Shown here piece after piece: positions 51,170 through 63,594 of a stretch of DNA of 64,000 bases (position 1 is its first letter; each line of letters starts with the position of its first letter). Both the position numbers and the translations under genes were made by a program. Source of the stretch: Mobula hypostoma (lineage: Eukaryota); assembly GCF_963921235.1 (NCBI RefSeq), contig NC_086097.1, positions 25,298,001-25,362,000 on the forward strand, read 5' to 3'. The notes below the pieces were generated by a model, which searched no databases, was not told where the DNA came from, and was given only the letters and a program-made list of their open reading frames with translations.

Positions 51170-51420
51170 ATAGGTCAGATTAGATTAGCTTTATTTGTCA
51201 CATATACATTGAGAGATGCAGTAAAATGGATCATTTATGACAAACCAGATCAGTGAGGGTTGTGCTGGTGCCATCATAGCATACCCATAACATACTAACC
51301 CTAACCCAGATGCCTCTGGAATGTGAAGAAACCTGGAACACTCAGAGGAATCCCACATAGTCACAGACAGAACATACAAACTCCTTACAGGCAGTGGCAG
51401 GAAGCAAATCCCAATCTTAT
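51170..51420 (-). mobile_element. V-SINE
   Basis: V core and GTGACAAATAAAGCTAATCT tail. Confidence 0.75.
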
Positions 51421-51954
51421 GATAAATGTGAGGTACATTCGATCTGCTCATCAAAATTGACAATGACCTATGCCAACACACACAAAATGCTCAAGGAACA
51501 CAGCAGGTCAGTCAGAATTTATTGGGAGGAATAAAAAGCCAAAGTTTTGGACTAACGTAGACCTGTAGTATTTTTTTAAATTGGCAATATATTTGGGTAG
51601 GCTTCTCTTTGGGTGAATTGGTGCTGGGACAAATGGAACAATCTCAATGTCAATTACCTGACGCATCAGTCCATTGCAATATTGCTCATTCATACATGCC
51701 ATTAAGGGCTGTGTTCCACACTGGGTATAATCTGCCTGCATATATACCATATCTACACAACTGTACACTTAGCTTCTCAGCACTTTCAGAACCAATGGCT
51801 GGTTGTTAACTTTCTTCCCATATCTGCCTTTACTTTTAAACAATTAGCCCTGCTGTGACCATATAGTACGGAAAAAAAACTAAGAGAAGCACTGATACAA
51901 ACTTTGAGAGATTCTGCATCATAAAGAGAAAAATTCTGTGCATTAAAAAGAATA

Positions 51955-52210
51955 CTTGGAACAGAGATAAGGAGGAATTTCTTTAGCCAGAGGGTGGTGA
52001 ATCTGTAGAATTCATTGTCACAGATGGCTGTGGAGGCCAAGTCATTTGGTATATTTAAGGCAACAGCTGATAGGTTCCTGATTAGTAAAGGTATCAAAGG
52101 TTACAGCAAGAATGGGGTTGAGAGAGATAATAAATGAAACATGTTGAAATGGCAGTGCAAAGTCAATTGGCTGAATGGCCTAATTCTGCTCCTATGTCTT
52201 ATGGTCTTAT
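51955..52210 (+). mobile_element. CR1 3' end
   Basis: TEIRRNFFSQRVVNL motif and TGTCTTATGGTCTT tail. Confidence 0.85.
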
Positions 52211-53544
52211 TATTCTCTGTTGAACAAAGATTAAAAGTATTGAATATAGACCTGAAAAGGAACCATTTTCAGGATTGTTGGGGAAAGGATAAGAAGAATG
52301 ATGTATTTAACTTTTTAAAGAAAGTCAGGTCAAATGACCCCATGTACTTCATGTTTCTAGGGTTCCATGAAAACAAATTGTGCATCCAATTAAAAGCTGA
52401 TCATTATCTTATTGGTTAGCAACTGCAAAATGAGGGGTGCAAAATGAAAAAAAGTCAGACAGACTGTGAATTGCTCAATGTACCACAAACACTAAGCATT
52501 GTGAACCTTTATCTGATTGTACATACTCTGGGAATACATACAACAAATATAACACATGGCAATCACCTAAGTGATCAAATAAACTTTGGCAAAGATGATG
52601 AAACTAGTTTGCTGAAGTGAATTCAAACAAATACTAAAGGATTACAGTGCAGGGAACTCAGGGATCTTGGATTTACACAATTCTGCAGCACAAAATCTGC
52701 GGGATTTGTTGTGCGTGCTATCATTGCCTCTGAGTGGAAAAATCAATTTTGATCAAATCAGGCGCAATGGAAAGAATGTGCAGACGCTCTGAATACCAGA
52801 GATGGGTCCTGACTACTAATGATTCCCATTAGCACACATAATCATGTGATTCTGCAGTTAATTGCAGCCTTACTGAATCACAGCAAGGGCAATACTTTGT
52901 AAAAACACTTCAAGAGCACAGATTAGATTGGTAATTTTTCTGGATTTTGCTAATTTCATTTGAAGTAGAGTTTAGTGGCCATCCTAAGTCCTTCAGTCAT
53001 TGAAGTAATATTTTTATATTATGGCTTAAAAAACAATTTCAAGATGATGACACTATTTTTCTATGAAAGGTGTTGGGCACCACTGCAATTGTAAATATAT
53101 TAAGGATCACTCCATTTCAACTTTGTAGAAATTTATGGTGTCCTATTTAAAATGGTAAATGTTTTATTATTGCCACATGTACCGAAGTACAGTGAAAAGC
53201 TTGTCTTGCCTACCATCCATACAGATCATTACATTACAACAGTGCATTGAGACAGTACAAGGGAATGCGATAATAGAGTATGGAATAGAGTGTTACTTTA
53301 TACTTATAAATAAAATGTTTATGATGGGCTATGCAGTTAAGCATCTGATAGAGCCACAGCTTCACAGCGCCAATAACCCAGGTTCAATTCTGACCTCAGG
53401 TGCTGACTATGTGGAATTTGTATATTCTCCTTAGTGAGTTCAAGTGTTTCCTCTAAATGCTCCAGTTTCCTCCCACATCTCAAAGACAAGCCTTTTGGCA
53501 CTTTAGTTAGCCTCTTTAAATTGCCCTTGGTGTGAATGAGTGGT

Positions 53545-53670
53545 GAATAAACAGTCAATGTTTTGGGCTAAGATCTTTCTTCAGGACTGAGAAGGAAGGG
53601 GGAAGATGCCAGGATAAAAAGTTGGTGGGGGGAGGGGTAGGAGGATAGCTAGAAGATGATAGGTGAAGCC
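53545..53670 (-). mobile_element. Penelope pLTR fragment
   Basis: Degenerate CAGTCCTGA...AAACATTGACTG. Confidence 0.65.
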
Positions 53671-55844
53671 AAGTGAATGAAGGCAGGAGAATGGTGTTGA
53701 GAGGGAAGATAAATCAGCTCCGTTCAAATGGTGAAGCAGTCTAGATGGGCCAAATAAGCAAATTCTGCTCCTATGCCTTATGGACATCTCTCCTACACAT
53801 ATGTCCACTCATCTTAAATGGATGTCCTCTGCATTGGCCATCGCAGTCCTGGGAAAAAGGTGCTGGCTGTCTTGTCTACCCATGCCTTTCATAATCTTGT
53901 GCATATCTATTAAGTTGTCTCTCATCCTTCTTCACTCTAAAGAGAAAAGCCCCAGCTTGCTCAACCTTTTCTTATCAGGCATGCTCTCTAATCCAGGTAG
54001 CGTCCTGGTAAATCTCCTCTGCACCCTCTCTAAAGCTTCCATATCATACTTATATAGGATAAGTATCCTATATAATTAGGCGCCCAGAAATAAACACAGT
54101 AATGAGGGAACAGTGCATTGAGGTGTGATTTTTGGCTAAGGTACTAAACAGACCACTTGTCTGACTTCTCAGAATGATGAAGCACCACTTCGAAGAACAG
54201 CTGAGTTAGAACATAGAACATGGAACAGTAAAGGACAATACAGGCCACTTGGCCCATGATATTCTGCCGACCTGTTAACCTACTCCAAGATCAATCTAAC
54301 CCTTCCACCTTAGAGAGTCCTCACTTTTCTATCATCCATGTGCCTATCTAAGAGTCTCTTAATTCTTCCTATTATATATCTGCCTCTACCACCACCTATG
54401 GCAACACATTGCACACACACTCACTCTTTGTGTAAAAAAAAAATCATCTGGAAGCAAAGACCTGTATCTATAAATAAATCATCGGCATTTGCCCCAGAGT
54501 GATACATAAGGTAAAATTAATGATCCGATCATTAAGGATATACTAATTACTAAAAATTGCGAGTTCAGGGTTTACTACCACAATAACAGCTTTTCAAAAA
54601 GAACCTAATGGCTGTAGAGTGATTTGGGAACTTCTGAGGTTGCTGAACACACTGCCCCATACGTCAATTGTTTATTCCCCTCCACACTGTAGATATTGCC
54701 TGACCTGTCAAATTCTTCCAGCGTTTTGTATGCGTGGCTCATATACATGTAAGCCTTTTACCTTGCATTCATCAGTGTCTTCTGTAATTCTGACATTTAT
54801 TATTTTGTCTTAGGAACCAATGCCCCAAAAGTTAGATCTTAAGCATGCAGCAGAAATTGATTTGAACTGGTAAGGAGTTTTTAGATCTACATTTGGAGAT
54901 ATATGTCAATGAATCCAGCCTTAGCTTTGTAACTTGCATCTTTGTAACTTGTATGACATAGCATGGAAAGTAAGAAACCAATAGACTGTAAATAAATCAA
55001 CCAATAGACTGAGAATATGAGAGTCTAGGGCCTAACACTGAAGTTAAAGGCCTGTGTGTGACTGGGTGGAAGGGTGGGAAAGAGGCATGTTGTACCATTG
55101 TTCTCTTGTTTTGTTCTGTTATTATCGTTGTTGCTTGTGTTGATCTGTGTTTTGTGTTGTACTGTTGTTCTGCCAAGCATGGTGGGCATGCTATGTTTGC
55201 ACCAGAATATGTGGCAACACTTGTGAGCTGTCCCTAGCACATCCTTGGGTTGTTAACACAAATAACGCTTTTCACTGTATGTTTCAATATACATGTGATA
55301 AATAAATCTGGATCTGCATGGGGTGTGTCCTTTCGAGATCATATAAATTTTAAATGAAGCAAACAGAAATTATACAGAAACAGGCCTTAAAGTAACTTGG
55401 CTTGAGCGCTTGGCATCTGAACATTGCTGAGAATGTAGTAATATTATAAATTTTATCCCAAAAAATTATTCTCTAATTTACAGCTAAATGCTTTTCAGAG
55501 CTTTTTGATTTGAGGCATAAAGTATTAATCTCACATTATATAATCTGAGGGTCATTACTCTGAAACAAATGATGATCATTTCTTTGTAGATGAAGCAATT
55601 GTCTGCTGACATTTTTTTCCAGACACTACCTGCCAAGAGTGATTGCAGCTGATGTCTCAATCAGTTTTTGGTGAACTTTAACACTGCACATAGAGAGAAA
55701 GACAAATAAACCACTGAAACCTCGAGCACTCTTCATTGCACTTTAGCACATTAATTTCTTATGCAGTAGTCAAAGTACATATTCATCAATGGTTTCAAAA
55801 AGTCACCCTCTCTGAAAATGGAACATCCCTATAATTTGATTCAA

Positions 55845-56800
55845 CAGTAGTCATAGAGTCATAGAGCAATACAGAACAAAAACAGCTCCTTCGGGTCCAC
55901 CTAGTCCATGCTGAACTATTATTCTGCCTAGTCCTATAGCCCCTCCCCCAATCTTCCTCTCATCCATGTACTCAGCCAAATTACTCTGAAATGTTGAAAT
56001 GGAACCCGCATCCAACACTTCCGCCAGCAGCTTATTCCAAACTCTCACCACTCTCTAAGTGAAGTGGTACCCTGGGTGCCATGATAGAGTACCAGTTAGC
56101 ATGACGCTATTTCAGCTTGGTGTGTTCCGGAGTCTGGAATTCAATTCTGGTGCTGTTCTGTTAGGAGTCTCTATATGTCTTACCTGTAGAATGTGAGGGT
56201 TTCCCCTGGGTGCTCCAGTTTCTTTTAACAGTCCAAAAACATAGCTGGTAGGTTAATTGGTCATTGTAAATTGTCCCATGATTAAGTTAGGGTTAATCGG
56301 GGCTCTGTGCTTGCTGAGGCAGTGTGGCTCAAAGGGCTTTAATGGCCTATTCCATGCTGTATTGCTAAAGAAATAATATATAAAGTTCCCCTTCATGTTC
56401 CACTTAAACATTTCATATTTCACCCTTGACCCATGACCTCTGGTGTCATCCAGGCTCAGTGGAAAAAGTCAGCTTGCATTTATACTATCTACACCCATAA
56501 TAATTTTACAAGTCTCTATCAAATATCCCCTCATTCTCCTATGTTCTAGGGAATAAAGTCATAAGCTATTCAACTTTTTCCTATAACTCAGGTACTCAAG
56601 TCCTGGCAACGTTGTTACAAATTTTCTCTGAACTCTTTCAAGCTTATTGATAGCTTTCCTGTAGGGTAGGTGACCAGAACTGCATGCAATACAGTACTCC
56701 AAATTAGACCACCCCAATGCCTCATATATCTTCAACATAACATTGTAATTCTTCTACCCAATACTTTGATACTTAATACTTTGATTTATGAAGGCCTAAT
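55845..56800 (-). mobile_element. CR1 3' fragment interrupted by a V-SINE (~56072-56384, +)
   Basis: VRVWNKL motif; SINE head and V core inside. Confidence 0.75.
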
Positions 56801-56974
56801 TCTCAAGGCTAGGGCAAGTTATTGCCCTGTGACTTGCCTCATCAACATCTAATTATTTAGAGGCCTTCATGGTTTTTTGCTGGTAAAAGGCCAGCAATAT
56901 CATGAAGGATCCCACCACCCTGCTTATGGACTGCTTGTGCTACTCTCATCAGGGAAGAGGCTATGTCAGGACCT

Positions 56975-57700
56975 CAAAGCTAACCACTCCTCATTATGGC
57001 TCCTCCATGAAAAGAGTTAGAAGCACCGACTTTCTGGGAGTACCCATAGTGGATGATTTCACCTGGTCCCTCAACACCACCTCTTTAGTCAAGAAAGCAG
57101 AACGGCATCTCTACTTCCTGAGGAGACTGAGACTCCCACCCCCCTTCTAACTGATTTTTACAAGAGTATCATTGAGAGTTTCCTGACCAACTACATCACC
57201 ATCTGATACAGGAATTGCAAGGCATCTGACCACAAGTCCCTAAAAAGGATTGAAAGGACTGCTGAGAGGATCATCAGGGTCTCTCCTCCACCCATCAGAG
57301 ATATTTATCAAGAGTGCTGCTTATGTAGTGCCCTTAGCATTGTCAGTCATCCCTGTCATCCATCTAACAATCTCTTTGGCTTCCTACCATCAGGCAAAAA
57401 ATACTGTAGCATTAGGACAAGAACAGTTAGGATAGGAAACAGCTTCTTCCGCCAGGCCAAGAAACTACTGAACTCCCTGCCACCATCCATGTCCTCTCAT
57501 GTATGAAATGCCAGTAGCAGATACTGTTTACTTTTTAACTTGCATCGTAAGTACACCTTATTACTTGTTAATTTATTTGTGTATGTGTTAGGCATGTGAG
57601 TAATATGTATTGTGTTGTGCATCTTGGTCTGGAGGAACGTTGTTTAATTTGGGAGTATAAATGTGTACTGTTGAATGACAATAAACTGAATTTGAGCTTG
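56975..57700 (+). mobile_element. Rex1/Babar 3' fragment
   Basis: TWSLNTTSLVKKAERHLYFLRRLR. Confidence 0.8.
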
Positions 57701-58199
57701 ATAAACAGTTGCTTCCCCCAAGCCGTCAGGGTGATCATCACCTCCACCCATTAACCCACCCTATCAATTCCCATTCACATTAGCTACCTTTCTCCACAAC
57801 CACTCAGCACCCTTCATTTCCCCTCATACACTGCCACTCTGCGGTTACTTGTACACTGGATTTCGTAGGATTGCTTTTATGTTATATTTATTGTGTTCTT
57901 TACACCAGATCAAGAGTAACAATCATTTCATTCTCTTTTCCACTTGTGTACTGATAAACGACAATAAACACTCTTGAATCTTAATGTAGTTAAAATACAT
58001 TGTCTGGTATTCACAGAGAGTTAATTAGCGAGAAATGCGTTTTAAGGTGGTCTTAAATGGAAGGCCTCATGGGGGAAACTTATGTGTATAGCTGAAGACA
58101 CAGCTAATGAAGAGGTACACAAAAGGCCATGGTTAGAGAAAGTAAAGATTGAATGGTGGTAGAATGCCTGGAGGAGTTAGTCCAGATGTGGGAGGTCAA

Positions 58200-58555
58200 A
58201 TGTAAGAAAGTAATCAGGACTCTTAAGAATATTGATGCACCCACCAGTGAATCTTGGGGTGCAAGTCCACCACTCCCTGTAAGTGGCAACATATCAACAT
58301 AAGATGGCGAAGAATGCGTACAGCATTTTTGCCTTCCATCAGTCAGAATTCAGTTTAACTGTCAGAAGTCATGTTGCAGCTATATAAAGCTTTGGTTAGT
58401 TTCTGAATACTGTGTGCCGTTCTGGTATCTGCACTTCAGGAAGGATGTAGAGGCTTTGGAAGGGGTACAGAAGAGATTCATCAGGATGTTGCCTGGATTT
58501 GAGATTATTAGCAATAAGAAGAGGCTGGACAAACTTGGATTGCTTTCTTTGGAGG
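58200..58555 (+). mobile_element. CR1 RT C-terminal fragment
   Basis: QLYKALV and RKDVEALEGVQKRFIRMLPG. Confidence 0.8.
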
Positions 58556-58825
58556 AAGCCGTAGCACCCAGAGGAAACCCATGAGGTCACAGGGAGAGTG
58601 TACAAACTTGGGAATTGAACTCTGATCAGTGGTTGCTGGTGGTGTAAAGTATTGTGTTAACCACTACACTACCATGGTGCCAAGTAGCTAGAATTGAAAA
58701 GAATGACATCAGTTGGCAAACACAGCTGCACTTCACTTCTTTGTCTTCAGAACTGTGTGTGTGACTTCCACAACTCTACTTCTCACAGTCCAGTCTCTCA
58801 TAATCATTTACACACTTTAACAAAG

Positions 58826-59290
58826 GAACAACACACAAAATGCTGTAGGAACTCAGCAGGTCAGGCGGCATCAATGGAGGGAAAGAGCAGTCAATGTTTC
58901 AGGCTGAGAACCTTCATCAGGACTAGAAGGGAATGGGGCAGAAGCCAGGATAAGAAGGCTGGGGGGAGGGGAGGAACGACAAGCTGGCAGGGTCTTTGAT
59001 GAAGGGTATCAGCCTGAAACAATGACTTTTTAATCCTCTCCATAGATGTTGCCTGACCTGCTGAGCTCCTCTAGCATTTTGTGTGTTACAGGTGATAGGT
59101 GAAGCCAGGTGAGTGGGATAGGGGTGGGGGATGAAATGAGAAGCTGGGTGGTAAAGGGCTGAAGAAGTGAAATCTTACAGGAGAGGAGAGTGGACCATGG
59201 GAGAAAGGGAGTGACACCAAAAGGAGGTGTCAGGCAGGTGAGCAGAAGAGAAGGGGTAAGAAAGGAGCTAGAATGGGGAATTCAAAAAGG
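58826..59290 (-). mobile_element. Penelope pLTR fragment containing a second, oppositely oriented pLTR piece (~58991-59088)
   Basis: Minus-strand hammerhead at 58888-58925 (AGTC-CTGATGA-AGG-TTCTCAG-CCT-GAAACATT-GACT); degenerate plus-strand copy at 58992-59027. Confidence 0.8.
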
Positions 59291-59494
59291 AAACAGAAAG
59301 CTACAGCATTCTAACAACGCAGCATATGTGCAGACGACTGAACCTCGAGACACCAACTGGATCAAAACCAGCTTTAAGTTCCTTTGAGATTCACAATTAC
59401 CCAATTCACTGATTGCACCACGTGCTTGCTGAAATATTCCAAACTAGCTGATATTTAATACAAATGCTCTCCATAGTCTCCACATCAAACTCAC

Positions 59495-59584
59495 TTCACT
59501 ATTCTGATAGCAGCAGTGAGCGAGGAGTGCACACTGGCTGATGAATACAGTTGAGGGTGGTGTGTAAAAATCTGAGTTGTGCAC
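59495..59584 (-). other. Candidate exon (90 nt, symmetric)
   Basis: Acceptor tatgcttccAG and donor GAA|gtgagt; two open frames (VHNSDFYTPPSTVFISQCALLAHCCYQNSE or CTTQIFTHHPQLYSSASVHSSLTAAIRIV). Confidence 0.35.
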
Positions 59585-60414
59585 CTGGAAGCATATTTCT
59601 ACAATTGCTCTTACATGTGCAGTCAATGGCGTTCTATTTCCAAGCTTTAAAAGGTGTTTTACAAATCCTAAATACAGGAGGGACAGACAAATACAAGCAT
59701 GATAAAGATTTCACCACTCCTCATATCATTAATATCCATTGCTTAGAACAGCCTTAAAGTGTTCACCGGTGACTCAAATGAGCAGTTTTCAATTTTACAG
59801 TCAAAATGACAAGGGCTTTACATAGAAATCGACTAAAGATATGCTGAGGAGTGGGGCAGGCCACCCATAAGTGTCACCATACCTTGCAGTGCCAGGACAG
59901 CATGCCCACAATGCTTGGCAAAACAACACAGAACACAACAAACAACAGCAAAATAAGTCCCATTCCTCCCTCCCTTCCACCCACCTATGCACTAGGGCCT
60001 GTTTAATTTCTGCTGGAGACATCATTGGTGCATAAGAATTTATTGGTCTATCCCCAAGGTACAAAGTGCTAAGATCCCAAATAATTAAAAGACAAGAAAG
60101 TTGTAAAAGCCTGGGAGATAAACAACAACGGTATTAAATGCATAAAATTGATATGCCTACAGGGTCAACAATGTCTCAGCAGTGGCATCTGAATCAGAAC
60201 ATCATGGGTCTAAACTCACTCAGAACTTGATTGCATACAGCATCTTTTGGTTGGAGTATCAAACAGGTCATGCTACAGCTGTTAATGACATCAGTCTGGC
60301 CACACTTGAGGTACTGCATACAGTTCTAATCCACACAACACTGTGGTTGCATTAGAGAGCAGCAGAAGCTGTTGTTTTAATTCATTCATAGAACATGAAG
60401 GGCTGTGAAACTGA

Positions 60415-60725
60415 GAGAGATTAGCTTAATTTGTTACATGTTCAGCGATATCAAAACAAATAGTAAAATGCGTCATTTGCGTCAATGACCAACACAGAGG
60501 GAGGCAGCCTACAAGTGTTGCCATGCTTCTAGTACCAACGTAGCACGTCCGCAACTTACTAACCCTAACCCGTATGTCTTGTTGGAATGCAAAGGAAACT
60601 GGAGCACCCGGAGGAAACATGCAGTGATGGGAAGAATGTACAAACTACTTACAGACAACCCCTTATAGGTGGCAATTGAACCCCAATGTTACAGTTGGCA
60701 CTGTGAAGCATCATGCTAACCACGA
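60415..60725 (-). mobile_element. V-SINE
   Basis: GTTTCCTCCGGGTGCTCCAGTTTCC core. Confidence 0.8.
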
Positions 60726-61539
60726 AGCAAAAGGAGGAGAATTAACAGCACTGTTGGGAGACGGAGCCACATATGGACCAGCATCAGTAAGGACAGTGTA
60801 AAAGAACATTTGCGAATCTGATGGGTATCTTTTTAACAATGCAGTAGTTTCTTGGTTACTGATTAATTATTTGAATTTAAATTCTGTAGCTGCTATGGTA
60901 GGATTCAAGCTCCAGGTCAGTGGTGCAGATGGTCCTGAAGATCAGCTGTTGGGTCGGTAATTTAAGCATGGTGTTACTAACTCTACTTTGAGAATGTTGG
61001 CAAGCCTAGAGGATTTCAATCATGTGAAGTACAGACATTTCTGTGCTGGATGACTCTTCGACATTGTCAGGGTAGAGTTCTTCATGGTGAAGGAAGCTAA
61101 GAGGAGAACCGATCTGATTAAGATGCATAAAATTGTACACTAGAAAGGCCTATTTTATTTAGAGACTCATAATTAAAGTACATGGATTTGCAACAGGAGG
61201 AGAGGAGAAAGCTGAGGAATCAGTTTTACACCTAAACGATGGTGGAGGACCAGATATCACTGTCTGAAAGGTTGGGGTGGAGGAAGGTAAACCTATTCAC
61301 ATTTAAACATCACCCGAATCAGTCTGCCAAGAACTGGGGAGCAGAATTAGTCTATGTAGTTCATTTGACATATGATGGGCTGAATGGCCTCATTCTACAC
61401 CATAAATTCCTCTGATTCTGTAATCCAGGTTGATATTTGTCAGAGTGCTCATGGATTACTGTACTGCTGAACTTTCAGATTAAATAATTCTATTGTCTTT
61501 ACTGCTGGATCCATCACAAGCACATCCCCCCCACCACTG

Positions 61540-61810
61540 ATAGATTTAAAGATTAACTTTATTTTTCACGTGTAAATCAAAACATACAGTGAAATTTGTC
61601 GTTTTGCATCGAATCAGATCAGTGAGCATTGGGCTGGGATGCAAGTGTCAGCACCAAAATAGCATGTCCATAACTTACTAACTCTAACCAAATGTCTTTG
61701 GAATGTGGGAGGAAACCGGAGCTCCAGGAGGAAACCCATGTAGTCACGGGAAGAATGTACAAACTCCTTACAGGCAGCAGCAGGAATCACACTCCGATCT
61801 TACAGCCGAC
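61540..61810 (-). mobile_element. V-SINE
   Basis: V core and (ATCTTTA) tail. Confidence 0.8.
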
Positions 61811-62094
61811 CACAATATTATTGTGCTGCTCCAGCCTTGAGGCAGTGTCTACAGGAGATGCTGCCTCAGGAAGGTTGCATCAGTCACCAAGGGTCCCCAA
61901 CAATCGGGCCATGCACTCTTCTTGCTGCCACTATCAGGCAGAAGGTACAGAAGCCTGGAATCCCACACCACCAGGTTCATGAACAGCAACTTTCCTACAA
62001 CCCATCATGTTCTTGAAATGACCTGCATAACCCTAACTGTACCTCTGCAATGGAACACCATGCACAATGACCAAGCACTCTTGCACAGTGAGGA

Positions 62095-62335
62095 CTAGAC
62101 CATAATACCAAGGAGCAGAAGTCGGCCATTCAGCCCATCGAGTCTGCTCCGCCATTTTATCATGAACTGATCCATTCTCCCATTTAGTCCCACTCCCCTG
62201 CCTTCTCACCATAACCTTTGATGCCCTGGCTACTCAGATACCTATCAATCTCTGCCTTAAATACACCCAATGACTTGGCCTCCACTGCCGCCCGTGGCAA
62301 CAAATTCAAGATTCACCACTCACTGGCTAAAAAAC
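62095..62335 (-). mobile_element. CR1 3' end
   Basis: Same 3' UTR family as 51955. Confidence 0.8.
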
Positions 62336-63594
62336 TTGTCTTAGATTATATCCCAGGTCTTGCTTCTACAGTCTTTCTTTTATTGTATGGTATAAATTTA
62401 TGTTCTGTGTGTCGTTTCACTGTCTGTTTTGATGTACATGTGATAAATAAATCTAAAATCTGAAACTTGAAATCTGATCTGTACTTATGTGCCTGTGGTG
62501 ATGCTGCAAGTTTTTCACTACACCTGTACCTCACTGTAATTGCGCACATGACGATAAACTCAACTCAACTTGAGGAGCAACAAGGATGTTCTTGATTCCT
62601 GGCTGATATTTACTCTTCAGCCATCAGTACAGATATTTTCATTCACCTCAACACTGAGTTGATTCCACAACCTATGGACTCACTTTCAAGGATTCTACAA
62701 CTTATATCATTATTATTCAGTATTATTTATTTTCTTACTTATTTTTTTTGTATTTACATAGTTTGTCTTCTTCTGCACATTGGTTGTTTGTCAGTCTTTG
62801 TGTGTAGTTTTTCATTGATTCTATTGCATTTCTTTGTTCTACTGTGAATGCCTGCAGGAAAGTGCATCTCAAGGTAGTATATGGTGATACCTACATACTT
62901 TGATAATAAATTTACTTTGAACTTCTTAATCTTTCTCCATAAAACAGATTACCTGGCCTTTTATTTTTATTTCCACTGCTGCCACTCTGTCTAGTACCAT
63001 CTCATCATTCCTATAACGAGTGGGCAGGGTGGGGATAGGAACAATATGTTATACCAAACCGTGCATGTTAAAACTGTGCAGCTTTAACATAACTTCTAGT
63101 TAATTTCGACATCTCAGCTACTAAAGTATGTGATCAAGATTGTGGAGAGTGACTTGTGACCTATGCCCCTGTGATTCAGATAATAAGTGCCACACTAAGC
63201 CACAGCTGGCTCTGTAGATATACATATTTTATGTATTTAATACCTTTCTCAATGTGCCTCCCAAGTTTATACTATTTTATTGAAGCTTAATTTTTTGGGA
63301 ACCAAGCTTTTTTATTGCTTGAGGGGCAGCTGAATAAATTCCTGTGAATTGGTGATGTCTGCAAAAGAAATTAAATAATTCCTGTGGGCGACATTTCTTA
63401 TATCACCACAGTGACTACATTTCAAAACTACCTTATCATTAATGTAAATTCATTGTATGTCCTGGGAGTGTGGAAGATGATATGTGAATGTAAATACCTT
63501 ACAGAATTATTGTCCCACCTCAAATAAAGGACTGTAAAAAATGTAAAGGTTACAAAACAGTATAATACTGCTGTGATGAAAGGTCATTGACCTC

